Positions 20,730 to 30,283 of a DNA stretch of 50,245 bases are shown here, one piece after another. How positions within the stretch are numbered: position 1 is the stretch's first letter; every line of letters begins with the position of its first letter. Position numbers and translations under genes: made by a program. The notes below the pieces were generated by a model. It was not told the DNA's origin and searched no databases. It was given only the letters and a program-made list of their open reading frames with translations. The stretch comes from Candidatus Sumerlaeales bacterium. GTDB lineage: Bacteria > Sumerlaeota > Sumerlaeia > Sumerlaeales > Sumerlaeaceae. Where the stretch lies: positions 1-50,245 of the forward strand of contig JBBSQY010000022.1 of assembly GCA_038243585.1 (NCBI GenBank), given 5' to 3'.

Positions 20730-21247
20730 GCGAATCGACGCCTCCGAGCGTGCCGTGGATCGGCATTGCCCCCATGCGAAGCCAGCTAGTGCCCGCCTAT
20801 CACCAGTGCCTGGACTCCGTCTGCCGCGAAAAGACGTATCTGATGATGACTGAAGCGCCCGCTATCGAGTTATCCCAAGAATTTGTGCAGTCACTGCTCG
20901 ACGCGAAGTTGCCGATGTTTGTGGCGTTTGTTCCAGGACCGACGGTGATCGGGTGGTGCGACATCTATTCTCCGACTTACGATAGTCGGGCCCATATAGG
21001 CATACTCGGGCTCGGAGTGAGACGCGACTTTCGCGGCCAGGGCCTGGGCACCGTTCTGATGGACTGCGCGCTGAAACAGGCCCGGCTTCGCAACCTGGAA
21101 CGGGTGGAACTCGAGGTGCTGGCCGGTAACGAAAACGCCATTCGCCTGTATAGGAAATTCGAGTTTGTGCAAGAAGGGGTAAAACGGCGAGCTCGAAAGC
21201 TTGACGGCAGCTACGAGGACATAGTTATTATGGCTCGATTATTTTAG
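20726..21247 (+). CDS. GNAT family N-acetyltransferase
   Basis: [13 protein letters not shown] acetyl-CoA motif; [13 protein letters not shown]. Confidence 0.92.
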   Translation: MSESTPPSVPWIGIAPMRSQLVPAYHQCLDSVCREKTYLMMTEAPAIELSQEFVQSLLDAKLPMFVAFVPGPTVIGWCDIYSPTYDSRAHIGILGLGVRRDFRGQGLGTVLMDCALKQARLRNLERVELEVLAGNENAIRLYRKFEFVQEGVKRRARKLDGSYEDIVIMARLF

Positions 21248-21257
21248 AAAGCGATTT

Positions 21258-21704
21258 ATGAAACCTATACTCATACTGAACGGCCCTAACCTGAACATGC
21301 TTGGCATCCGTGAACCGACCGTTTATGGCAAAACTTCGCTGGCGGATATTGAAGCCTCTCTCAGAGTTCTCGCTACCGGCCTTAACTGCGAGCTTGATTT
21401 TTTTCAAGCAAACAGCGAAGGTGCCCTGATTGATCGCCTGCAGGATGCTCACAGATCCGCGGCGGGAGTGGTGTTTAATCCAGGAGCCTATACTCACACC
21501 AGCGTGGCCTTGCGAGATGCCATCTCGTCCATCGCTCCCCTGCCGGTCATTGAGGTTCATCTCTCCAACGTATATGCGCGCCCGGAATCCTTTCGCCACA
21601 AAAGCCTGCTGGCGCCGGTATGCGTCGGCCAGATCAGCGGGTTCGGCGCGGACAGTTACAGTCTCGGGTTGCGGGCGATGCACGGCATCGTTTCAAAGGA
21701 CTAG
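21258..21704 (+). CDS. aroQ: Type II 3-dehydroquinate dehydratase
   Basis: [40 protein letters not shown]. Confidence 0.97.
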   Translation: MKPILILNGPNLNMLGIREPTVYGKTSLADIEASLRVLATGLNCELDFFQANSEGALIDRLQDAHRSAAGVVFNPGAYTHTSVALRDAISSIAPLPVIEVHLSNVYARPESFRHKSLLAPVCVGQISGFGADSYSLGLRAMHGIVSKD

Positions 21705-21709
21705 CGGAT

Positions 21710-21943
21710 ATGGCAAGAGGCTTTTTCCGCAAACCTTCTCTCAAGAAGCGCATCGCCGCGCGCACGTCATGGAAACGGTACGTGCGGCACAATTTGGGGC
21801 TAAAAGCACCCCGCGGCTGGGGCTGGGTTACAAATCCAAAGCGCGCCCTCTACAACCGCGTCTACTACCGCACGTCCAAGGGCTGTGTCCTCGTGCCGTG
21901 CCTCGTGGTGGCGTGCCTGGTTCTGTGGCGTGTATTGCCGTAG
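21710..21943 (+). CDS. Small basic protein (77 aa) with a C-terminal hydrophobic anchor
   Basis: ATG 5 nt after the aroQ stop; MARGFFRKPSLKKRIAARTSWKRYVRH...GWGWVTNPKRALYNRVYYRTS followed by a hydrophobic, Cys-containing tail. Confidence 0.7.
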   Translation: MARGFFRKPSLKKRIAARTSWKRYVRHNLGLKAPRGWGWVTNPKRALYNRVYYRTSKGCVLVPCLVVACLVLWRVLP

Positions 21944-21963
21944 TTAAGGACTTATAGTTCGTT

Positions 21964-22647
21964 TTATTGCTTGATAAGATGACTGAGCGTTTTTGTAAAA
22001 CTGGCCCGGGGGATCTCGCGAGCGCCAAAGCCGGCAAGATGTTCTGTGTTCATCTGGCAGTCAATCATGCCGACACCGTTGTCGCACAGGTGTCGGACCA
22101 GGTGGACAAAGGCAATTTTTGATGCATCAGTGACGCGGTGGAACATTGATTCGCCGTAATACATCTTGCCAATCTGAACGCCGTAGAGGCCACCAACAAG
22201 TTCGCCATTGATCCAGGTTTCAACGCTGTGGGCGTAACCCATCTCATGCAAAACGCTATAGCCATCCATGATTTCATCGGTAATCCAGGTTCCATCCTGA
22301 TCAGGCCCGCGATCAGCCAGGGCACATGCTTCAACCACCTGGTGAAAGGCCGTGTCGTGGGTGACCGTGTAGTCGGTTTTGCGGAGGCGCTTACGAAGGG
22401 AACCCGAGACCCGAAGTTCTTCCGGGAAAAGAACCATGCGCGGGTCAGGGCTCCACCACAGCACAGGATCATCATCGCTAAACCAGGGAAAGATGCCGCG
22501 ACTGTAGGCATCGAGGAGCCGTGACGCAGAAAGATCGCCTCCAATCGCCAGCAGACCATTAGGCTCCGAAAGGGCCGATTCAACCAGCGGAAAAGGTGTG
22601 TTCGTTCGCAGCAACAAACATATTTCCGGTTCCAGAGCGTCACTCAT
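21964..22647 (-). CDS. aat: Leucyl/phenylalanyl-tRNA--protein transferase
   Basis: GLLAIGGDL, AYSRGIFPW, WWSPDPR, AHSVETW, GESMF, DASK, IDCQ. Confidence 0.97.
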   Translation of the reverse strand: MSDALEPEICLLLRTNTPFPLVESALSEPNGLLAIGGDLSASRLLDAYSRGIFPWFSDDDPVLWWSPDPRMVLFPEELRVSGSLRKRLRKTDYTVTHDTAFHQVVEACALADRGPDQDGTWITDEIMDGYSVLHEMGYAHSVETWINGELVGGLYGVQIGKMYYGESMFHRVTDASKIAFVHLVRHLCDNGVGMIDCQMNTEHLAGFGAREIPRASFTKTLSHLIKQ

Positions 22648-22810
22648 GGAAAACGGTTACAATGTCTCACTAGTTTTCATAGCTCAGCTACCGTCAGGAA
22701 ACCGCTTACTTCTGGCCTCGGATAAGTCGGCCGGCGCTTATGCTGCCATTGGTCGGATCGTAACGCATCAGATTCGTCTGTTATTGGCTTCTGTAGAGTC
22801 AATTAATAAT

Positions 22811-22845
22811 GAAACGGGTGACGGAACCTCTCCGTCACCCGTTTC
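22811..22845. terminator. Perfect 15-bp hairpin downstream of cysC, probable terminator
   Basis: GAAACGGGTGACGGA-acctc-TCCGTCACCCGTTTC, flanked by A/T-rich sequence on both sides. Confidence 0.7.
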
Positions 22846-22905
22846 TGTTTCTTACTATTATTTTTTGTGGCTTTGCCTCAGACGTCTCAGGCAGTCCCTA
22901 CAAAC

Positions 22906-23523
22906 TTAAACTGAAAAATAGCCTTTGGTCTCAAGGTGCTGGATGATTTCTCCAACGCACTGCTCAACTGACTTTTCGTTGGTCTTAAGGTGAAGTTCCG
23001 GGCTGGTTGGGGCTTCATAAGGGGCGTCTGGCGAGACACCGGTAAAGCCTTTGATCTCTCCAGCCATTGCCTTTTTGTACAAGCCTTTTGGATCGCGCTC
23101 TGCACACACTTCAACTGGTGCATCGACGAAAATCTCAATAAATTCGCCGTCGCCCAATGCTTCACGGACCATATCACGATCTGCTCTGTATGGGCTGATG
23201 AAGCTGCTGACAACGATGAGGCCAGCATCAACGAACAACTTCGACACTTCGCCAATGCGGCGAATGTTTTCGGTGCGGTCTTCAGGGGAAAAAGCCAAAT
23301 TTTTGTTGAGGCCGAGGCGGATGTTGTCGCCGTCAAGCACATAGGCCAGGTGGCCATGTTGAATCAAAACCTGTTCGAGAGCCATGGCGATCGTGCTTTT
23401 GCCGCAGGCGGAAAGGCCGGTCAGCCAGATGCAGACGGGCTTCTGCTTCGTGAGTGTTTTACGCTCGTCGCGGGTTACGGTGCCTTCATGCCAGGTTACG
23501 TTTGTTGCCTTTTGCTCGGTCAT
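22906..23523 (-). CDS. cysC: Adenylyl-sulfate kinase
   Basis: [46 protein letters not shown]. Confidence 0.96.
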   Translation of the reverse strand: MTEQKATNVTWHEGTVTRDERKTLTKQKPVCIWLTGLSACGKSTIAMALEQVLIQHGHLAYVLDGDNIRLGLNKNLAFSPEDRTENIRRIGEVSKLFVDAGLIVVSSFISPYRADRDMVREALGDGEFIEIFVDAPVEVCAERDPKGLYKKAMAGEIKGFTGVSPDAPYEAPTSPELHLKTNEKSVEQCVGEIIQHLETKGYFSV

Positions 23524-23603
23524 TCGATGCTAACTCCATGTTTGGGATAAGTGGGCGAGCCGTATCGCAACTGGAATGGCGTGGAAACCGGTCCCATCTG
23601 CAA

Positions 23604-23619
23604 CGGCACGCTGTTTGCA
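23604..23619 (+). promoter_or_regulatory. Candidate sigma54 (-24/-12) promoter of the PfkB kinase gene
   Basis: CGGCACGCTGTTTGCA: exact GG-N10-GC spacing, near-consensus. Confidence 0.55.
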
Positions 23620-23668
23620 CACATTGCAGGCCATGACGCATTCGACGAAATCGGAGAAAAGTCCTACA

Positions 23669-24640
23669 ATGCCGGCGGCAATTCCCGTTCAGGATCAATT
23701 TGTGGTCAGCATCGGCGAGTTATTATGGGACGTGGCGGGTAATCAGCGCCACATTGGCGGCGCCCCCTTTAATTTCGCCTATCACTGCAAAACGCTGGGC
23801 GCAAAAGCGGCGATCATTAGCCGGGTAAGCCGGGACGAACTGGGCGACGACCTCGTCAACCGGGCTGCGGAGCTTCGCGTAGATACCCGATCCATTCAAA
23901 CATCTACGGAGTATCCGACGGGGGTTGTTCACGCGGAAACGCATGAAGACGGATCCGTTTCTTATCTCTTCCCTGATGAATGTGCGTGGGACCATATCCA
24001 ATTTCCCACTGAGGCCAGGTGTCTGGTTGACTTCGCGACGGTCGTCTATTTTGGTACGCTGGCCCAAAGGTGCCCTGTCAGCCATGCCACCATAATGGCA
24101 GCGGTTTCAAGCGGTCCGGCAAATGCGATTTGCTTCCTGGACGTCAACCTGCGCCCGCCATGCTACTCGCGCGAAATTCTGACTCCATCGCTTAAGGCGG
24201 CTACAATCGTAAAGATGAACGCGGACGAGCTGTGTGAAATTCGGGATATGTATAATTTGGTCGGCGACGAAGACGGGGCGGCTCAGCAATTAATGGAGCA
24301 ATTTGCGATCAAAACGCTTTTAATTACACGCGGGGCAGACGGTGCCACGGCCTGGAACAGCACTACTAAAACCACGGTCGACGCCTACGACATCACCGTG
24401 GCCGATACCATCGGTTGCGGCGATGCTTTCTGCGCCGCCTTTATAGTAAACTTTGCAGCTGGCGCTACGCTTCAGGCGGCTCTTGAAGCGGCAAATACGG
24501 TCGGAGCTTATGTGGCTACGCAAGCCGGAGCCACGCCGCATTACGATGAGATTATCCTTCAGCAATTTCGCAAGGAGCACCAAATTCCCATTGGGGACCT
24601 TCATACCAAAAGGCCCGTGGGCTACGCAGCTTCAGATTAA
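23669..24640 (+). CDS. PfkB family carbohydrate kinase (fructokinase-like)
   Basis: IGELLWD, GGAPFNFA, FGTLAQR, DVNLR, KMNADEL, DTIGCGDAF. The start is uncertain (23576, 23633 or 23669). Confidence 0.92.
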   Translation: MPAAIPVQDQFVVSIGELLWDVAGNQRHIGGAPFNFAYHCKTLGAKAAIISRVSRDELGDDLVNRAAELRVDTRSIQTSTEYPTGVVHAETHEDGSVSYLFPDECAWDHIQFPTEARCLVDFATVVYFGTLAQRCPVSHATIMAAVSSGPANAICFLDVNLRPPCYSREILTPSLKAATIVKMNADELCEIRDMYNLVGDEDGAAQQLMEQFAIKTLLITRGADGATAWNSTTKTTVDAYDITVADTIGCGDAFCAAFIVNFAAGATLQAALEAANTVGAYVATQAGATPHYDEIILQQFRKEHQIPIGDLHTKRPVGYAASD

Positions 24641-24642
24641 AA

Positions 24643-25878
24643 TCAGCGCCCGAGCGCAGTATTAATTTTGGTGACCAATTCCTTATCGCTAAGACGGCTG
24701 CCAACCTGGGTCATAAGAATCGATCCATCCTCACCAAACAGGATCATTGTGGGCAATGCCTTTACGAGTGTGTTCAACTGACCCGTAAGCATGGATTCCT
24801 GGATAGCTATGCGCGTGACGTGAAGACCGTTCATGCTGTCGCGGTCGAGGGTCTGGGTGATTAGGCGGTGGCAATCGCTGCAATGGGGATCATACGCCAG
24901 CATCAATACCGGAGGTGCCGCCTTAACGGCTTTAACTACTGAAGCTCCGCTGCCGGCGTGGCGCCATCCCCTTTTTTTCAGTATCCGAACATCCTCAGAA
25001 TCATCCACTTTCGGCTCCGGGTCCATCGCCACGCTGGCTTCTGGTTCAGGGGTAGGGGTCGGAGCGGGCGTGGCTGCCGGGGTCGGCGTAGGGGTCGGGG
25101 TCGCTGCTGGAGGAGCGGGGGCAACTTCAACGAGGGGCGTGGGGCCTGGCGTCGGAGTTACCTTTGGACGCGGGGTGGGCGTGGCTTTTGGCGGGGTAAC
25201 GGTTTTTGGCGGAGTTGCCGTTTTTGAGGAAACCGCCTTTTTCTCCGAATCGCTATCGTCTGATTCCGGCGCAGCAATGGGCACATTGCTTTCCCGTCCG
25301 GAGGATTCTTTGCCAGTCGATGAGGTAATTTCCTGATTTTGCAGCTTTTTGCCAAATCCGAAAGTCAGTTCCACTAGGGAGACCAATCCAATCGCTACGA
25401 TGAAGCCGCCAAAGACAACGGCGGTAATTCCGCCGGCGCGAAGTTTGGGCAGCGGCGGTGCAATTATCGTGTAGGTAATTCCGGCATGGATAAGCGTTAC
25501 AAGCGCCACGCCCCAGCACCACGGACAAATCTCTCGGATGTAAATTATTTCCAGGCCGCGAAGCCACGCGATAAAAATGACGCCGCCAAAGACGAGAAGC
25601 CCTTTAAATATCTGCGCTGATCGTTCTCGTAGGCCAACCGTCAACATGAGGTGGCTTACAAAATAAACTGCCCCCATGGCCGCGACGCTGAATGGCCCGA
25701 AGTGGCCAAACGTGCCACGGACGACACCTGTGCAGGCGAAAATCGAATTGCGCGGGCACGGCAAATTGATATAGCCGGCGGAAACAAGGAACAAGAAAAC
25801 AGACAGGCCCAGACCAATGAGTTCAAAGATCACGAACCAGATTTTATTAATGTGAATGCGTTGTTTTTTCGGTGGCAT
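24643..25878 (-). CDS. VKOR domain + Pro/Thr-rich linker + thioredoxin-fold fusion (disulfide bond formation)
   Basis: Loop Cys pair CPRNSIFAC, VKOR active-site CPWC, 5 TM, long PT/PA linker, C-terminal YDPHCSDCH and ALPTMIL (cis-Pro loop). Confidence 0.85.
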   Translation of the reverse strand: MPPKKQRIHINKIWFVIFELIGLGLSVFLFLVSAGYINLPCPRNSIFACTGVVRGTFGHFGPFSVAAMGAVYFVSHLMLTVGLRERSAQIFKGLLVFGGVIFIAWLRGLEIIYIREICPWCWGVALVTLIHAGITYTIIAPPLPKLRAGGITAVVFGGFIVAIGLVSLVELTFGFGKKLQNQEITSSTGKESSGRESNVPIAAPESDDSDSEKKAVSSKTATPPKTVTPPKATPTPRPKVTPTPGPTPLVEVAPAPPAATPTPTPTPAATPAPTPTPEPEASVAMDPEPKVDDSEDVRILKKRGWRHAGSGASVVKAVKAAPPVLMLAYDPHCSDCHRLITQTLDRDSMNGLHVTRIAIQESMLTGQLNTLVKALPTMILFGEDGSILMTQVGSRLSDKELVTKINTALGR

Positions 25879-26065
25879 CAGCGTTTAGTTCTTCCAAAAT
25901 AAGATCAACAGTCACGGGATTTTCATAAAGAGGACAGTCTGTGGGAATACGTAATAATTTTGTATCCATTCAGGACTTAACAACAGCGGACGCATAGTGA
26001 TTGACCTAGTGTATGATTTTTCTGCGTTTGGTTTTTTCGGCTGTCGGGAAGAGTCTGAATTCGCT

Positions 26066-26806
26066 TTAAATTTGACGCCGTCCCATGAGAATGCTTCGTT
26101 TTGAACTGGTCGTGAACCGGTCCCCTTCATAGCTCCCAAATTCTTTCTCTATATTGACTCCACAACGGTCCAATGCCTGCTTTAATTCGTCGGGGCTAAA
26201 GAGCCGGACTGATTCGTCAAACGTTCTATCGCGACCGTCCGGGAACCTGACTGCCGTTTGTTTATTAACGCGCTCTGGCGTCCCGCCGATCCAGCGCCGA
26301 TCGCGCACCGCTGTTCCGTCTGGCATAACGCGGCTGGATTCCGCTTCCAGGTTGGCCCGGACAAAGTCGCTGTTCATAAAATCAATGACTACCCATTGCC
26401 CGCGCCTGCATAATTTCACAATATTGCACAAGACCGAAAGGTTCATTTCATCCGTGTCAAAATAGCCAAGGCTGCTGAAAAGGTTAACTACCAGATCAAA
26501 GCTCTCCTCCCGAAACGGCAACGCCCGAAGATCTGCCCGCACAAGCGTTAACGGCGGCGCTCCATCTGCCTTTGCCTGTGCTAGCAACGCCGGACTTAGA
26601 TCGAAACCAAACGCCTTTATTCCTCGTGCTTCAAACGCCCTTAGATGCCGTCCCGCGCCGCACGGCGCATCAAGCACCCGAGCACCAGGGCCGACGGCGG
26701 TGTTCTCAAGAATAAGATCAACCACGCGGGCAGCCTCGGAGTCATCCCTGTGGGCATAGAGGTTAAGGTAATCTTTGCCAAAAGCCGTTTGAAACCACTC
26801 GCTCAT
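26066..26806 (-). CDS. Class I SAM-dependent methyltransferase
   Basis: VLDAPCGAGRH, GFDLS, ADLRALP, FDLVVNLFSSLGYF; translationally coupled to the dprA-like gene. Confidence 0.92.
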   Translation of the reverse strand: MSEWFQTAFGKDYLNLYAHRDDSEAARVVDLILENTAVGPGARVLDAPCGAGRHLRAFEARGIKAFGFDLSPALLAQAKADGAPPLTLVRADLRALPFREESFDLVVNLFSSLGYFDTDEMNLSVLCNIVKLCRRGQWVVIDFMNSDFVRANLEAESSRVMPDGTAVRDRRWIGGTPERVNKQTAVRFPDGRDRTFDESVRLFSPDELKQALDRCGVNIEKEFGSYEGDRFTTSSKRSILMGRRQI

Positions 26807-27711
26807 AGGGAAATCTCCTCTGGAAAAAAGTCTTCAAGCACCGGCGTACATGGCAGTGGATGTCGCCAGCAATCTTCTGCAGCGGCGGTTAACGTGGTAA
26901 GCCACGAGTCGGACTGATCTGCTACATCCAACATGGTAACTCCGCCAGCGGCCAGCAGCTTATGTGCATTTGCGTACCGGGCCTCGTCTGGCAAGGCTGT
27001 GGCAAAGATCTCGCGGCGCAGCTTACGCAGTTTCTTTACGGTATCGAGAGTTCCGCCTTTCGCACCGGTTTCGGCCACAAAGCCCGCGGAGCAATGGGCG
27101 GCGACCAGGGAGTTACGGCGTAAAAACATCCACGGAGCAACGGAAGATCCCGGCGCAAACGGCGACGCCACGGTGACCTGATCCGCCGTGGCACCGCGAA
27201 ACGATGGCTTGTACTGTTCAAGGGGTACAGGAGGAAATACCATGGTCTGACCGCCTGACTCGACGGCAGCACAATGTGCATGAGAATCTACTCCGGGCGC
27301 ATTTCCGCTGACAATCGTCCAGTTGCATCCGGTTGCGCCTGCGGCGACGAGCCTGGCGGCGATACGTCCGGCGGCGGAGGGACGACGGGTTCCTATTATA
27401 GCAACGGATCGGGCTTTGAGACGATCGGGATCGCCTGATACATAAAGCAGTGGCGGCGCATCTGCTTCCAACACCCTCAGGTTAACGGGATAATCCAGAT
27501 CCAGTATGGATAACACAAAAGTTCCGCGGTTGCTTAGCTCAGATGCCAATCGTTCAAATTTTAACGATTCCGCATTCGGCTCGGAATGTAGAATTTCATC
27601 CAGCGCCTCCCGGGCCTGTCCGACGCTGAATCGTCCGAGCCACCGCAAAAGCCGCGCATCGCCCCACCGACGGTGGAGTTGGATTAGGCGTCCATTAATT
27701 TCATGACTCAC
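26803..27711 (-). CDS. dprA: DprA/Smf-like (SLOG fold) protein, divergent
   Basis: DYPVNLR...APPLLYVSG, VAIIGTR, IVSGNAPGVDSHAH, FLRRNSLV, VAETGAKGGT. GTG at 27711 chosen; the longer ORF runs into rnpB and that extension is probably non-coding. Confidence 0.78.
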   Translation of the reverse strand: MSHEINGRLIQLHRRWGDARLLRWLGRFSVGQAREALDEILHSEPNAESLKFERLASELSNRGTFVLSILDLDYPVNLRVLEADAPPLLYVSGDPDRLKARSVAIIGTRRPSAAGRIAARLVAAGATGCNWTIVSGNAPGVDSHAHCAAVESGGQTMVFPPVPLEQYKPSFRGATADQVTVASPFAPGSSVAPWMFLRRNSLVAAHCSAGFVAETGAKGGTLDTVKKLRKLRREIFATALPDEARYANAHKLLAAGGVTMLDVADQSDSWLTTLTAAAEDCWRHPLPCTPVLEDFFPEEISL

Positions 27712-27830
27712 AGATTTAACTTCAGGCCTTGGGCTGGATATCTCATAAATTAGGGAGACTTGACCGGTATAAAAGCAGGCGGGCAATTCTTTTTCGCATC
27801 TTCCCGGCTTTCCTGCGCGGCCGAAAAAAG

Positions 27831-28296
<466 letters not shown>

Positions 28297-28412
28297 AAAC
28301 GAGGTACAGCCAATTAAGCATTACGAATCAGGAATTACGAATTTAGGTACGCCTGCGTCACGAACAGCGATCTGGACCACATGGATGTCTTACCTGGCAA
28401 CCCGGGCAGGAA

Positions 28413-28883
28413 CTACTTCCTTCTGCCGAGTTTACGGATTACGTCAAACTCCATGCGCTGCACCGGGGTGACAGATAGGCGGTTTCGTTTGAAGAGCGAC
28501 ATTTCGGCCAGTTCGGGCAAGGCGCGCAACTCCGGCAACGAAACAAAGTGAGTGAACTTTTCGACCGCCTTAACGTCAACCATGTACCAGGTGGGGTTTT
28601 CCGGTTTGCTTTTGGGATCGAAATGGTCATCGTTTTCATCAAAAGCGGAATGATCGGGATACCCTTTGCGGGTGACTTCTGCTATCCCGGCCACGCCAGC
28701 GGGTTTGGCATTTGAGTGATAATAGAGCACAAGGTCGCCCACGCTGATCTTGTCACGAAGCATATTCCGCGCTTCATAATTCCGGATACCGTCCCAGCAT
28801 GTTGTTTGGTCTTTTGCTGAAAGCAGATCGTCTATTGAGAAACAGTCTGCTTCTGATTTCATGAGCCAATATTGTTTTGCCAT
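28413..28883 (-). CDS. EVE domain protein (THYN1-like)
   Basis: YWLMKSE, WDGIRNYEARN, GDLVLYYHS, FDPKS...PTWYMVDV, RLSVTPV. Confidence 0.95.
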   Translation of the reverse strand: MAKQYWLMKSEADCFSIDDLLSAKDQTTCWDGIRNYEARNMLRDKISVGDLVLYYHSNAKPAGVAGIAEVTRKGYPDHSAFDENDDHFDPKSKPENPTWYMVDVKAVEKFTHFVSLPELRALPELAEMSLFKRNRLSVTPVQRMEFDVIRKLGRRK

Positions 28884-28937
28884 GTTCGTAAAGAAAGGAT
28901 CGGGAGACGTCCTGGTCAAGGGCTGTTTCTGTAACTT

Positions 28938-30146
28938 TCACAAAGCTTTTAAAGCATCGGCAAAAAGGCGAATTGCCGTCTCGCACTCAACGCGGTTTAC
29001 ATTGAGGGCGGGACTAAACCGAATTACTGATTCCTGAAGGAGATTTGTCTCTAGAATTAGGCCGCGAGCCCGGCAGTCGTCGACAAGGCTACGGGCGATT
29101 TGCTCGCTGGCTGTCTCAACGCCGATCATTAGCCCGACGCCGCGTACGTTCCTAATCACCTGTGGCACCTGTACGGCCACTTCCATCAGCGCCTTTATCA
29201 ACCATTCACCCTGGTTTCGGCAATTTTCAAGCAGCCCCTCATCCTTAATTATTTTCATGGCAGCCAGCCCGGCCGCGCAGGAGACGGGATGACCGCCAAA
29301 GGTCGTGATATGGCTAAAGGCCGGCACAGCGGCGAAGTCGTATAGTAGCTGTCGAGGAGCCAGTACGCCGGCTAGAGGATAACCCGCGCCCATGCCTTTT
29401 GCCATGGTTATAATATCGGGAATAACGTCGTAGGTTTGTGAAGCAAACCAGTTTCCTGTGCGTCCAAAACCTGTCTGCACCTCGTCAAAAATGAGCATTG
29501 CGCCGGTTTCCGTGCATCTGTCTCGTAAAAGTTGCAGGTAGCCGGGGGGCGGAAGGATGATTCCTCCCTCTCCCTGTACCGGCTCAACGAGAACGGCGGC
29601 AATGGTGTCGTTAATTTGTTTGACTGCGGAAGTATCTCCAAAGGGTAGAAAGGTGACATCCGCGAGCAACCCTGAAAATTGGTTTCGGAAATGGTCGCTA
29701 CCGAAACAGGACATGGCCCCGACGGTGTCGCCGTGATAAGCGCCGGTGAACGCAATGAAGCGCCGGCGGGTCAGGCGTTTAGCAGCAAGCTTCAGCGCCG
29801 CATCGTTTGCCTCCGCACCCGTAGTGAGAAAATAAACGCAATCCAGGCCAGCGGGCGCCACGGACACAATCTTTTCAGCCAGGTGCACCTGCGGTGTCTG
29901 CACGTGTTCTCCGTACACCATTGTATGAGCGTACTGTGCGGCTTGGGCTTGTACGGCCGTAACAACGTGGGGGTGGCAATGTCCGACATTGGTGACGGCG
30001 ATTCCACTTATAAAATCCAGATATCGATTCCCGTCTACGGATACGAGCCAACTACCTTCTCCACGGCTCACCTCCAGCGTCGGCGGATATGGGGACGTTT
30101 GACCAACAAAATTTATAAACTTTTCTGATAGCTGGCTAGGGTTCAT
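28938..30146 (-). CDS. Class III PLP aminotransferase (acetylornithine aminotransferase-like)
   Basis: YLDFISGIAVTNVGHCHP, GAEANDAA, AYHG, EPVQGEGG, IFDEVQTGFGRTG, AKGMG, TFGGHP. Confidence 0.92.
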   Translation of the reverse strand: MNPSQLSEKFINFVGQTSPYPPTLEVSRGEGSWLVSVDGNRYLDFISGIAVTNVGHCHPHVVTAVQAQAAQYAHTMVYGEHVQTPQVHLAEKIVSVAPAGLDCVYFLTTGAEANDAALKLAAKRLTRRRFIAFTGAYHGDTVGAMSCFGSDHFRNQFSGLLADVTFLPFGDTSAVKQINDTIAAVLVEPVQGEGGIILPPPGYLQLLRDRCTETGAMLIFDEVQTGFGRTGNWFASQTYDVIPDIITMAKGMGAGYPLAGVLAPRQLLYDFAAVPAFSHITTFGGHPVSCAAGLAAMKIIKDEGLLENCRNQGEWLIKALMEVAVQVPQVIRNVRGVGLMIGVETASEQIARSLVDDCRARGLILETNLLQESVIRFSPALNVNRVECETAIRLFADALKAL

Positions 30147-30283
30147 CGTGTCCTCTTAATAGATGTAAGGCAAAACATCTTTACTCAACCTTGACAATAC
30201 GTTTTTCATTATTTCCATTAATTGGGATTGATAATCGGTCTGGCAAGGATTCAGGTTCTTTCAGTGTGTGAGGTGCGTTACAA

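Noticed and set aside
25030..25230. Repetitive GGGGTCGG/GGCGT tract
   Set aside because: It encodes the Pro/Thr linker of the VKOR protein and is not a CRISPR array or DNA repeat element.
30191..30220. TTGACA upstream of ftsQ as a sigma70 promoter
   Set aside because: No acceptable -10 hexamer at 16-18 nt spacing.
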